Positions 26,372-35,631 of a stretch of DNA of 64,000 nucleotides are shown here, piece by piece (position 1 is the stretch's first letter; every line of letters begins with the position of its first letter). A program made the translations under genes and the position numbers. Where the stretch lies: the NCBI GenBank assembly GCA_964620905.1, contig CAZUKA010000001.1, positions 18,141 to 82,140 on the forward strand, given 5' to 3'. The notes beneath the pieces are model-generated. The model did not search any database and was not told the DNA's origin. It saw nothing but the letters and a program-made list of their open reading frames with translations. This DNA is from an uncultured Gammaproteobacteria bacterium. Its GTDB lineage: Bacteria > Patescibacteriota > Patescibacteriia > S139-126.

Positions 26372-27505
26372 TTAACCATTATAGGTTTCTCTAGTTTTAG
26401 ATATCATATTGCCAATATCAATATGTTGTCTCACTGTCTGTAACTGTTTATTGTCTAGTGGTGTTTGATTTATTAATTCCCTGATAGCTTGGGCCAAAGA
26501 TTGGATATCATTTGCCTCAACCAAACGATAATGAGTTTGCGGATAAAATTCTAGCATTTCAAAAATTCCACCCACTCTAGTCGTGACAATTGGTAAGCCA
26601 ACAGCCATCGCTTCCAGTAAGGTATAAGGCAGGCCTTCTTTGACTGAAGGTAGAACGAAAACATCAAAAGCCGGTAAATATTTTTTGGCATTTTGGATAC
26701 TCCCCAACAAAAATACTTTATTCTCAAGTTTTTTTTGTTTGATAAGATTTTGTAAATTTTTCTTTTCCGGTCCTTCACCAATGATACAGAAAATAGTATC
26801 AGAGTTTGTCTCCACAATTTTATTTGCTGCTGTAATGAGGGCAGGTAGATTTTTGGTAGGATAAAGATTGGCAATAGAACCAATCAGATGACCACTAGTT
26901 GTTAGTTGCTCATTTTTTGCTAAGCGAACTAATTTTTCACGTGCCTCGTTTTTTCCCAAAGTAGATGTGTTGGCTATTTCTATACCATTGTGGATAGTAA
27001 CTATTTTTTCCATAGGAAAATTGTTTAAGCGGGCAGCGGAACGGTCGTATTCTGATACGCAGATAACTTTGTTTTTGTATTTGGCGGAGACCTTTTCTGC
27101 CCATAAATAAATTTTTTTCAAAATTTCGGCAATTGGTTCCAAAAAAACCCAACCGTGTGCAGTATAAATAACTTTTTTCTTTAAACCCCAAGCTGCCAGA
27201 GATCCTAGGATACTTATTTTGCTGCTGTTTAGATGGATAACGTCGGGATTTATTTTTTTAATAATTTTTCTAATTTCAAAAATTGCCAGCAAGTCAAAAT
27301 GCGGTAAAATTGATCGTTTGACATATTTTAACCGGCACCAAGGAATATTGGCATCTTTCAATTTCAAAGGTAGCCAATCAGTGTTTAGGCCACCGGAAGC
27401 TACTGTGATATCAAATTCATCTTTGAGGTGCGTTGCTAAATCCAAAACATAAGCTTGGGCACCACCAGCTTCAGGGAGAGTAATTAAATATAAGATTTTT
27501 TGCAT
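26372..27505 (-). CDS. glycosyltransferase family 4 (GT-B, retaining)
   Basis: C-terminal EX7E-type region VFVLPSVKEGLPYTLLEAMAVGLPIVTTRVGGIFEMLE is typical of GT4. Confidence 0.8.
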   Translation of the reverse strand: MQKILYLITLPEAGGAQAYVLDLATHLKDEFDITVASGGLNTDWLPLKLKDANIPWCRLKYVKRSILPHFDLLAIFEIRKIIKKINPDVIHLNSSKISILGSLAAWGLKKKVIYTAHGWVFLEPIAEILKKIYLWAEKVSAKYKNKVICVSEYDRSAARLNNFPMEKIVTIHNGIEIANTSTLGKNEAREKLVRLAKNEQLTTSGHLIGSIANLYPTKNLPALITAANKIVETNSDTIFCIIGEGPEKKNLQNLIKQKKLENKVFLLGSIQNAKKYLPAFDVFVLPSVKEGLPYTLLEAMAVGLPIVTTRVGGIFEMLEFYPQTHYRLVEANDIQSLAQAIRELINQTPLDNKQLQTVRQHIDIGNMISKTRETYNG

Positions 27506-27524
27506 AGCAAAAAAGATTTATGAT

Positions 27525-27920
27525 TTATGAAGTATGATTTAAGAGTTCTTTAGTTTTGGTTAAAAAACCCTGCAATAACGCATGTGTAGTATTTGCTTGT
27601 TCGACCAATGATTTAAAATCTGTTTCATTTAAATAGCCAACATCTTTGGCAATCAATATTTGATCTTTTAATTCAGTCAAAGAGCCGTGGGCTTGATAGT
27701 AAAAGCGTAGCTTATCTTTGAACCCTTGTCTACCAAAACCTTCAGCAATATTACTTGTAACTGAACTTGATGATCTTCTCATCTGATCAACTAAAGAATA
27801 AGTTTCTTCTTTGGGAAAATTTTTGGTTATAGAATAGATTAAAATGACGAGTTTATGTCCTTCTTGCCAAACTTTTAAATCAGTAAAAGATTTTATTTTA
27901 TTATTTTCTAATTTATTCAT
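27525..27920 (-). CDS. four-helix-bundle protein (23S rRNA intervening-sequence protein family, TIGR02436-like)
   Basis: FTDLKVWQEGHKLVILIYSIT..FPKEE.YSLVDQMRRSSSSVTSNIAEGFGRQ...GSLTEL matches the four-helix-bundle family signature. Flanked on both sides by AT-rich heptamer repeat tracts. Confidence 0.75.
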   Translation of the reverse strand: MNKLENNKIKSFTDLKVWQEGHKLVILIYSITKNFPKEETYSLVDQMRRSSSSVTSNIAEGFGRQGFKDKLRFYYQAHGSLTELKDQILIAKDVGYLNETDFKSLVEQANTTHALLQGFLTKTKELLNHTS

Positions 27921-27993
27921 AAAACGTAAATCGTAAATCTTAAATCCTAAATCTTAGTGATATTCATAAATCTTAAATCGTAAATCGTAAATC

Positions 27994-28770
27994 TTACTTA
28001 CCCATTAGTAATTTTTTAACCAGGTATCTCACACTTCTTCTCAAGTAGGCCAGCCAGAAATTTGGATAATCCTTTCTATATTTCATCACCAACCTAATGT
28101 TCATCTTCATCATAGCAAGGATTTTTTCACGGGTCACGCTAGATGCGTGCTGGCGATATTTGGTCATATATTCTGACAAGTTTGCCAGCGGCCAAATTAT
28201 ACCCATTTTTAGCCAGAGATCATAATCTTCCAAAAAAGGTAAAGTCTCGTCATAACCACCAACATGCAAAGCAGCTTGGCGGTAATACAGCACACTAGAG
28301 TGGGCGAGAGGGTTTTTTTTCAGGATTGAACTTTTGATTTTTTCTGGGGCGGCAGGATTTTGATATTTATTTATTTCCGTGTCTTGCTCGTCAATTACAA
28401 TTACCCCAGTGCCAACAGCCACGCAGTTGGGATTGTTTTTTAAATAATCAACTTGATTTGCCAATTTTTCCTTGTTTGACCACCAATCATCACTATCCAA
28501 AATTGCGATAAATTCACCCCGAGCGGTTTTTAATCCTAAATTACGCGCTGCACTGATACCTGGGTCAATTTCATTTTTGATATAAACAAAACGTTTATCA
28601 TTTTTGGCAAGTTCACTGATAATTTTTTCAGTATCATTGTACTGTCCATTGTCTATGACAATAAGTTCCCAATCAGTCAGGGTTTGATTTTTTACACTGT
28701 CAATCATTTTAGGTAAGAATTTTTCCCGACCTTGGTGAGTGAGGGTGATAATGGAAACTTTGGGAATCAT
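27994..28770 (-). CDS. glycosyltransferase family 2 (GT-A)
   Basis: N-terminal VSIITLTH...DSVKNQTLTDWELIVIDNGQ and the DxD region AILDSDDWW are typical of GT2. Confidence 0.8.
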   Translation of the reverse strand: MIPKVSIITLTHQGREKFLPKMIDSVKNQTLTDWELIVIDNGQYNDTEKIISELAKNDKRFVYIKNEIDPGISAARNLGLKTARGEFIAILDSDDWWSNKEKLANQVDYLKNNPNCVAVGTGVIVIDEQDTEINKYQNPAAPEKIKSSILKKNPLAHSSVLYYRQAALHVGGYDETLPFLEDYDLWLKMGIIWPLANLSEYMTKYRQHASSVTREKILAMMKMNIRLVMKYRKDYPNFWLAYLRRSVRYLVKKLLMGK

Positions 28771-28842
28771 TAGAAAAGATTTAGGATTTAAGATTTAGGA
28801 TTTAAGAATAATAATCATAAATCATAAATCATACTTCATAAA

Positions 28843-29667
28843 TCATATGGCTAGCCAATCTTTTGGTAGTAGATGCTCATAGTGCTTCTGGTATTTATTA
28901 TTCCATTTTTTGGGAGCAATGACAATTTTGTTGGGATTTTGATTTAAATATGCAGCCCACCAGGAAAAAGTGCTGTTGGCTATAATTTGATGTTGGCACT
29001 GGCGCAACAGTATCAGTTCTTGTGCTTCATCGCTGTCTTGGTCAGGGGATACATAAATAATCGGTTGCAGGTTTTTTAAATTTGCTTTTGCCCAAGCAAT
29101 ATCATCAGAAAAAACAAAATAGGTGATATTTTGTAGTTTTGATTGTATTAACCCAAGTGCTTTTTGAAAATAATCCAGCGTGATTGTTTGATGGATAGAT
29201 TTAATAAAATCACCTCGTCTGATGTGAATAGCAACTGATGTGGTGTTTTTTATTTGTTCTGATATATTTTGATAATAACCATTAATTATACATTTCAGAG
29301 TGATTTCTTCAATTAATTCTTTTTTTATTGGGTCAATATATAGATATGATTGAAAGTACCCTTCAAAATAATTGTCTTGCAATGTAAGTAATTGTGGTTG
29401 CCAACCAATATGAAATTCACGAAATATTTTTTGTTTGATAAATTTTGCAAAAACTGAGGGCGCGTATTTTTGTATTTCATCTGCATTGGCAATTTGTGCT
29501 TTGATATTGAATTTATTTAAAACATAATCTCGGCGTGTGTCCTTAACACTCCCCAAAGATTGAATATCAAGTTTTAGAGGTTCATTTTTCTTGATAGCAA
29601 GTAATCTGCCAAAACCGTATTGGAAAAGTTGATTTCCTAGTCCACCTTTTAATTTAATTATTATCAT
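28843..29667 (-). CDS. alpha-1,2-fucosyltransferase (glycosyltransferase family 11)
   Basis: GT11 signature motifs are present: IIIKLKGGLGNQLFQYGFG, HIRRGDF, and the C-terminal ...IANSTFSWWAAYLN. Consistent with the gmd/fcl genes in the same cluster. Confidence 0.8.
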   Translation of the reverse strand: MIIIKLKGGLGNQLFQYGFGRLLAIKKNEPLKLDIQSLGSVKDTRRDYVLNKFNIKAQIANADEIQKYAPSVFAKFIKQKIFREFHIGWQPQLLTLQDNYFEGYFQSYLYIDPIKKELIEEITLKCIINGYYQNISEQIKNTTSVAIHIRRGDFIKSIHQTITLDYFQKALGLIQSKLQNITYFVFSDDIAWAKANLKNLQPIIYVSPDQDSDEAQELILLRQCQHQIIANSTFSWWAAYLNQNPNKIVIAPKKWNNKYQKHYEHLLPKDWLAI

Positions 29668-29686
29668 GTTTTTAGCTGTTAGCTTT

Positions 29687-29734
29687 TACCCTGTTAAATT
29701 ACTTTGTACCGCTTTCGGCGGATTTAACAGGGTG
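29687..29734. repeat. Family B nested hairpin repeat, copy 2 (overlaps the 3' end of the FkbM gene)
   Basis: taccctgttaaatt actttgtaccgctttcggcgg atttaacagggtg. The last ~12 codons and the stop of the 29699-30664 ORF are encoded within this element. Confidence 0.7.
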
Positions 29735-30664
29735 AATTATTAAATCTCTCAGTAAACTTATTTTTTCTTCTGGGACAGCAATTAAATTATCATAATTTGA
29801 TATATCTGGAACAAATTTGGGATTTTTTAAATTACCTTGTAAATCAGCTTCAAAAATTTGGTAATTATTTTCTTTTAATATTGATATAGAAGTATTTTTA
29901 TTTTCTTCCCATTCTTTTTCAAAAGTAATTTCTATACTAATCAACGGTCTAATAGAATTTAAAACAGATTTCATGCCTTGTAAGATTTTATATTCAGCTC
30001 CTTCAGCATCAATTTTTATAAAATTTGGAATAACATTATTTTCTTGGCAAAAACTATCTATATCAGTAGCAGATACTGAAATATGTTTTTCTTGTTTATG
30101 TAAAAATTCGTAATTGTTTTCTTGGCGGTTTTTGAAAGTATTGAAGGCACTGTATTTTGGTCCATAGTCCAAAAAATCGATAGTTGTTTTTTTATCAAGC
30201 GCGGCTAAATTGGAAGGATAAACATTTTTATTTTGAGCCATTTGGCTATTGAGCTTTAATGAATAAAAAGTTCGAGGAGTTGGTTCTAAAGAGTAGACTT
30301 TACCGTTTTTTTCAACTAAATAAGAAGCAAGTAAAGAATAATAGCCCACATGAGCACCAACATCTAAAAAAGTGTCACCAGGTTTTAAAAAGTTAATCAA
30401 AAAATTGGTTAAATTGGCTTCAAAAAAACCATAGTACTGCAAGGCATTTGCTTCTGGTAAGTAGTAAGTCATCTTTTGCCCCCAGAGTGATTTTTTATAA
30501 ACACGGTAAGGTTTTAGATAAGCAAATAGTGCCATTATATAAAAAATTCCAGTTCTCCATGGGTCTTTAATAAGTCTTTTAAAACGACTGTTATTGAATT
30601 TATACAATTCGTAGCGTTTTAAAATTTTTTCTTTTAGTTGATGTTTGACTGAATCAGACGGCAT
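29699..30664 (-). CDS. FkbM-family methyltransferase
   Basis: FLDVGAHVGYYSL...GKVYSLEPTPRTF...FIKIDAEGAEYKIL matches the FkbM methyltransferase family. Confidence 0.7.
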   Translation of the reverse strand: MPSDSVKHQLKEKILKRYELYKFNNSRFKRLIKDPWRTGIFYIMALFAYLKPYRVYKKSLWGQKMTYYLPEANALQYYGFFEANLTNFLINFLKPGDTFLDVGAHVGYYSLLASYLVEKNGKVYSLEPTPRTFYSLKLNSQMAQNKNVYPSNLAALDKKTTIDFLDYGPKYSAFNTFKNRQENNYEFLHKQEKHISVSATDIDSFCQENNVIPNFIKIDAEGAEYKILQGMKSVLNSIRPLISIEITFEKEWEENKNTSISILKENNYQIFEADLQGNLKNPKFVPDISNYDNLIAVPEEKISLLRDLIIHPVKSAESGTK

Positions 30665-31567
30665 TTATTTTTGATTAATTATATTTAAATATTTTTGCGC
30701 AGAAATTTTATGGGTAAAATTGGCAAGTGCATATTGGCGAGGTTTATAATTTGCCAGATTATTAATCATCTCGTTTAAATTCAAATTAAATTCATCAATA
30801 GAAACAAAAAATTTACCACAATCATCTGTCAAATAGGGACTGGCTAGTTTATTGTCGGTGATAGTATGTTCTTTATATTTAATTGTGCCAGGATTCCAAA
30901 CTAGTGTTGGTACATCCCGCACCCAAGCTTCTTGTTGGGCAATTCCTTGACTTTCTGATTTAGTAAAAAATATAGCTAGTTTTGTTTTACTTAATTTAGC
31001 AAAATAGTCTTTTTGTTTATACTTACCATATTTTATTATGCTAATTTTTAATTTTGTAATTTTTAAATTTTGTAAAATTTGATTAAATAATCTTTCCGGG
31101 GAATTTTTCTGATAAATCAAAATAGTGTTTTTTTCAGTCAAAGGTGTAAGTTCCCCTGGATCATCCACCCCAGCAGCCAAAATATATATTTTATCTTTAA
31201 TAACAGGGGATAGAGAAGAGTAAAAGTTTTTTGTCCATTCGCATGGCAATACAATTTTATCAATTAAAGGATGTTCATAAATAGCATCTGCTTCTTTGGG
31301 GGTTACTACAATATTTGGTCCAGCAAGTAACTGTTTTATTTTTCCCAATTTTTTTTGTTCAATAGCATAGTGCAGAGCTTTGGGATTTTGTAAAACCCCC
31401 ACAGTGTCTGAATTTATTTTATTGGGGTTTAAGATATATTCAACATTAAGTTCTTTTAACCCTGTTATTAAACTATAAAGCACAGCCTCAGGACCTCGTT
31501 GTGGCCTGATTTTATCTTTCAGAGTATCTATAATTGAATATGGTGGTTTAGTGAGTAGAGTGAGCAT
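30665..31567 (-). CDS. hypothetical protein in glycan operon (possible GT-B-like)
   Basis: No confident family. Embedded in a tightly overlapping operon. Confidence 0.4.
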   Translation of the reverse strand: MLTLLTKPPYSIIDTLKDKIRPQRGPEAVLYSLITGLKELNVEYILNPNKINSDTVGVLQNPKALHYAIEQKKLGKIKQLLAGPNIVVTPKEADAIYEHPLIDKIVLPCEWTKNFYSSLSPVIKDKIYILAAGVDDPGELTPLTEKNTILIYQKNSPERLFNQILQNLKITKLKISIIKYGKYKQKDYFAKLSKTKLAIFFTKSESQGIAQQEAWVRDVPTLVWNPGTIKYKEHTITDNKLASPYLTDDCGKFFVSIDEFNLNLNEMINNLANYKPRQYALANFTHKISAQKYLNIINQK

Positions 31568-32759
31568 TTATGATTTTTTTAATTCTTCGAGGAATAGCTT
31601 TTAAATAAAAAATAATATTTAAACTGGTTATAAACCTTCTAAATTTATTTGGAAAAGGATTTTTTATCACATCTAGATAAATATTTTCGATATTTTTCAT
31701 TTGTCCAGATACTTCGTATTTTTCTAAAAATCTTTCTTTTGCTTTTATTTGACGCATTTGTAAATATTCTTTATCTATTGCTAATTTTTTCATTTCCTCA
31801 ATATATTCATCAACTGTTCTGACAACTAAACCAGCTTCATCAATACATTCTACATGACCATTGTTTATTTCTGACCAGTGACTAATGATTGGCAGCCCAT
31901 AAAACATAGCTTCAGCCATGGCAGTTGAATTGACCTCACCATCTTTTCGACCATGAGCATAAACATTTAAAGTATTTAAAAATTTGTAAATAAAATTTGG
32001 GTCAGAATTATGTGGTAAAAATGTAATATTGGTTATTCCTAATTTTTTTGCTTGTCGTTTATATTTTTCCCCACCTCCCAAGAGTATAAAATGATTGTTG
32101 TTATCGGCAATTTTTTGAAAAGCAACCAGAGGAATAGGAGAAAAAATATTATCATCATTTCTTTGGTGAAATCCATAAATAAATTTATTTTCCAAATTCA
32201 ATTCATGTCTAAAAGTCTCATTTGTTTTTGACATAGTCATGGGATGGGAGACAATAACCACTCTTTTTTTATCACCACCTTTTTTGATCCACCGGTCCGC
32301 ATTCCACTGACAAATATGCATTACTCTTGAGATATTATATTGGTTGTCAACACCAGCATCTAGATGAATCGAGTCCACTATGGGTGTTTTTTTTATTTTA
32401 TTAAAAGGGTATACAGAGTTGCCAGCCCTACCAGTTTGGATAATATCGTATTTTTTTTCAACAAATTTTTGCCAAAAATCAGTATTTACCCAAGGAAGTG
32501 ATCTTTTTCTAGCGTTAATTGCTCCAACTTTAAATTCAATCAAGTTTACACCTGAGTTTTCCATTATTTTTTTACGGTTTGTATCTGTACCAGGGTGTTT
32601 ATAATCGCTACCAATATATGGTGCGGTATCAGAGTAAAAATAATCAACTTCAAAAATGTTTTTGTTTAAATTGATGGCAATAGTTTGTAAAAATTTTTCA
32701 GTTCCTCCAGCAGACAGCCCACCAAATTTTACAAATGCAATTTTTATTTTTTTATCCAT
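31548..32759 (-). CDS. glycosyltransferase (GT-B fold, GT4-like)
   Basis: C-terminal VYAHGRKDGEVNSTAMAEAMFYGLPIISHWSEINNGHVECIDEAGLV resembles the GT4 donor-binding region. Confidence 0.65.
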   Translation of the reverse strand: MDKKIKIAFVKFGGLSAGGTEKFLQTIAINLNKNIFEVDYFYSDTAPYIGSDYKHPGTDTNRKKIMENSGVNLIEFKVGAINARKRSLPWVNTDFWQKFVEKKYDIIQTGRAGNSVYPFNKIKKTPIVDSIHLDAGVDNQYNISRVMHICQWNADRWIKKGGDKKRVVIVSHPMTMSKTNETFRHELNLENKFIYGFHQRNDDNIFSPIPLVAFQKIADNNNHFILLGGGEKYKRQAKKLGITNITFLPHNSDPNFIYKFLNTLNVYAHGRKDGEVNSTAMAEAMFYGLPIISHWSEINNGHVECIDEAGLVVRTVDEYIEEMKKLAIDKEYLQMRQIKAKERFLEKYEVSGQMKNIENIYLDVIKNPFPNKFRRFITSLNIIFYLKAIPRRIKKIINAHSTH

Positions 32760-32762
32760 ATA

Positions 32763-33698
32763 CTATTTATTTTTCAAACGGTTTTTTAAAGCATTTAAAT
32801 ATATCAACCACTTTGGATAAATTTTAATATTTGGTTCTTTACCAATTTGTTTGATAAACTCATCATGTAATTCAGGAATATGCCAAATTTGTAGCGGTTC
32901 AAAAAATTCTATTCCATATTCAGTAAACCAAGCTAAGATTTTTTCCAAATGCCAATTTGATTTTGGTGTTTCTTTTGGTAAAAATATATCTTTTACCCAT
33001 TCTTCAGGAACAGGTGAGAGTTTGGCTTGGGGATTATCCAAAGTAATTGAATAGGTATTGTTAATTCTTTTGGCATTGCGTTCCCCCTTGATTAGTTCAT
33101 TACATCTATACCAGGCTTGTTTCAGTTGGACTTGATGCCAATTAACAAACTGAAAATGCAAAACCACACCAAGTTTTTCTGACAGTTTGTTTATATTTTC
33201 ATTTGTTCCGGGAGTTCTCTGCTCTGATAAAAATTGATCAGGATAAGAAATTTTTCCATCATCACATACTATAAAATCTTTGTAAATATTGCCAAACGGG
33301 GGAGTGCCATCTATGTATTTGTCAATAGATTTCCACAGATGTATCCATCTTAACCATAATTTTTCTCCTGGTTTTAGTTTGTTGATAATTCCTTTTGCCT
33401 GGAGTATAAAGTTGGCAGAAAATGTTTCGTCCGCATCCAGCCAAATAAAATGTGTACCTCCAGCTTTTCTTCCTTCAGACAAAAGTAAATTTCTTCTTTT
33501 TGACATATTGACATATTTTTCATTTATATATGGGTTGTCAATGATTTTAATATTATTATCAACCAAAATTTGTCTTGATCCGTCAGTAGAGTTATCATCA
33601 AGAACTATAATTTCATCAGCTATTTTTTTTACTGATGATAAATAAACAGGCAATATCCATGCTTCATTTTTTACCGGAAGAAGAGCAATTATTTTCAT
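32763..33698 (-). CDS. glycosyltransferase family 2
   Basis: MKIIALLPVKNEAWILPVYLSSVKKIADEIIVLDDNSTDGS. Confidence 0.75.
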   Translation of the reverse strand: MKIIALLPVKNEAWILPVYLSSVKKIADEIIVLDDNSTDGSRQILVDNNIKIIDNPYINEKYVNMSKRRNLLLSEGRKAGGTHFIWLDADETFSANFILQAKGIINKLKPGEKLWLRWIHLWKSIDKYIDGTPPFGNIYKDFIVCDDGKISYPDQFLSEQRTPGTNENINKLSEKLGVVLHFQFVNWHQVQLKQAWYRCNELIKGERNAKRINNTYSITLDNPQAKLSPVPEEWVKDIFLPKETPKSNWHLEKILAWFTEYGIEFFEPLQIWHIPELHDEFIKQIGKEPNIKIYPKWLIYLNALKNRLKNK

Positions 33699-34396
33699 AT
33701 ATTCTTATCAAGGATAATTTTGTTTTCCTCTTGATGAATCTTGTTTTTACTACCGCTTAAACTAGTACCTTCGTTTCTAAATTCTCCGGCTATTTCATCA
33801 CAAAGAGAAAAGTTGGTAATTTTTGCCGCTCTCACACACCAATCAAAATCTCCAGCGATTTTGAATTTTTTATCAAATGGGCCAACTTGTTCAAAAAGTT
33901 TTTTTGTAAACATAAAAAATGGTCCGCAGTACATTCCTCGGGTAAATATTTTTTTATCAAATATTGGTGGTTTCACCGTGATTTTTTTTACCAGCAGGGG
34001 ATAATTTAAAATTTTTATATATCTTTTATAAATAAAAGGAAAATATATTAGTCCTGTTCCATTTGAAAATAATTTTAGAGCGCTAAATATAGGCTTTGGA
34101 TATCTTTTATCGTCAACATTCCAAAAACCAATTATTTCTCCCCGGGATAAGCTTATACCTCGATTCCAACTGGCATAAAGTGATTCCCTGGGTATAAAAT
34201 ATAGTTTTACGAATTTATTATTGTTAGTTAATTTATTTAAAATATTTTTTTCATTTCCATTTGGATTGTTACTGATGATTATAAATTCAAAATCAATACC
34301 TTTTTGTTTTAGATGATTTGAAAAATATTCTATATTTGATAGATATTTTTTTAAATATTTTTCGCTTTTGTATAATGAAGTAATAAAAGAGATCAT
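33695..34396 (-). CDS. glycosyltransferase family 2-like
   Basis: MISFITSLYKSEKYLKKYLSNIE...FEFIIISNNPNGNEKN; DD motif NVDDKRY. Confidence 0.6.
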   Translation of the reverse strand: MISFITSLYKSEKYLKKYLSNIEYFSNHLKQKGIDFEFIIISNNPNGNEKNILNKLTNNNKFVKLYFIPRESLYASWNRGISLSRGEIIGFWNVDDKRYPKPIFSALKLFSNGTGLIYFPFIYKRYIKILNYPLLVKKITVKPPIFDKKIFTRGMYCGPFFMFTKKLFEQVGPFDKKFKIAGDFDWCVRAAKITNFSLCDEIAGEFRNEGTSLSGSKNKIHQEENKIILDKNI

Positions 34397-35631
34397 ACTA
34401 ATTTATTACAAAATATTTTCATTTTTTCTAACATTGAAGAGCCATATTTATCCCAGCTTATATTATCTTTTATAAAATCCAAACCATTTCTTTGTATTTT
34501 TATGTATAATTCATTATCATGTATAAGTTCATTTATTTTCTCTGCAATTTCTTGTGGGTTTTTTGGATTTACCAATAAACTATTTATTTTATCAGTTAAT
34601 ACTTCACTGGCGCCAGTTGTTTTTGAAACTAAAGTAGGTAAACCGCAGGCCATTGCTTCAAATACCACTAGTCCCCAAGTTTGCATATGGTTGGGAAAAA
34701 TAAAAATATCATGTTCTCTATAATTTTTAAGCAATTTATCCTCATTTACTGAACCTAAAAAGTTAACGTTTTTTTGTAATTTATTTTTTTCGATTATTTC
34801 ATCTAAGTATTTTTTATAAGATGTACTATTTTTATAATCACCTATTATGTTTAAGGAAATATTTATTTTTTCTTTTTTTAAAATATTTATGGCTAATATT
34901 GCATCTTCGAATCTTCTGTGAGGAGCTAATATGCCGGTCATAAGGATTTTTATGTTGGAATTTTGTTTTTTATTATATAAATTACTATCAGGTGTAAAAT
35001 AGTGATTATCTACCCCACTTCTTACAATATCAGAGTTTATATTAAAATATTTTTTTAAAGCTAACTTATTTATATTATCAAGAACCGTAACAATATTTTG
35101 TTTTTTAATAAATTTTTTTTCATAAAGATCTAAAAAAAACCTAAATAATCTGTCAATAAAATTATTATTTAATTGTTCAAATCTTTCAGAGTTCCAACGA
35201 TAGGAAGGGATATCATTAGCCATCCATATTGAATGATTTTTTTTATTTCTTTTTTTATAATAATACGAAACTCTATATACAAATCTATCATGAACATTTA
35301 AAATATCTGTATCTTGGTCAATCATTTCAGCTAGTTTTTTTGAAAATTTGTTTATACGGGAATTGAAATATAATAATTTTAAAAATTTATTATTTTTTAA
35401 TATTTTATTTGGAAACATTATTTTATTTTCTTCATCTGACGAGTAACACTCAAATAAATTTGTTTGTTTTATATTATTTAATATTTCTTTGTATGGATTG
35501 TCTTTATTTCCAAAAATACTATAAACATTGATATCAATATTTTTTTCTTTTAGATTTTTTGCTAAATTAAATGCTTGTTTTTGTGAACCTCCTTCAGAAT
35601 AAGATCCCCAAATAATTATTGCTACTTTCAT
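34393..35631 (-). CDS. glycosyltransferase family 4
   Basis: DIFIFPNHMQTWGLVVFEAMACGLPTLVSKTTGASEVL. Confidence 0.75.
   Translation of the reverse strand: MKVAIIIWGSYSEGGSQKQAFNLAKNLKEKNIDINVYSIFGNKDNPYKEILNNIKQTNLFECYSSDEENKIMFPNKILKNNKFLKLLYFNSRINKFSKKLAEMIDQDTDILNVHDRFVYRVSYYYKKRNKKNHSIWMANDIPSYRWNSERFEQLNNNFIDRLFRFFLDLYEKKFIKKQNIVTVLDNINKLALKKYFNINSDIVRSGVDNHYFTPDSNLYNKKQNSNIKILMTGILAPHRRFEDAILAINILKKEKINISLNIIGDYKNSTSYKKYLDEIIEKNKLQKNVNFLGSVNEDKLLKNYREHDIFIFPNHMQTWGLVVFEAMACGLPTLVSKTTGASEVLTDKINSLLVNPKNPQEIAEKINELIHDNELYIKIQRNGLDFIKDNISWDKYGSSMLEKMKIFCNKLV

Noticed and set aside
27921-28842. AT-rich tandem heptamer tracts considered as a CRISPR array
   Set aside because: Units are 7 nt, degenerate and contiguous, without the 25-40-nt uniform repeats separated by unique spacers that define CRISPR. 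No cas genes are present.
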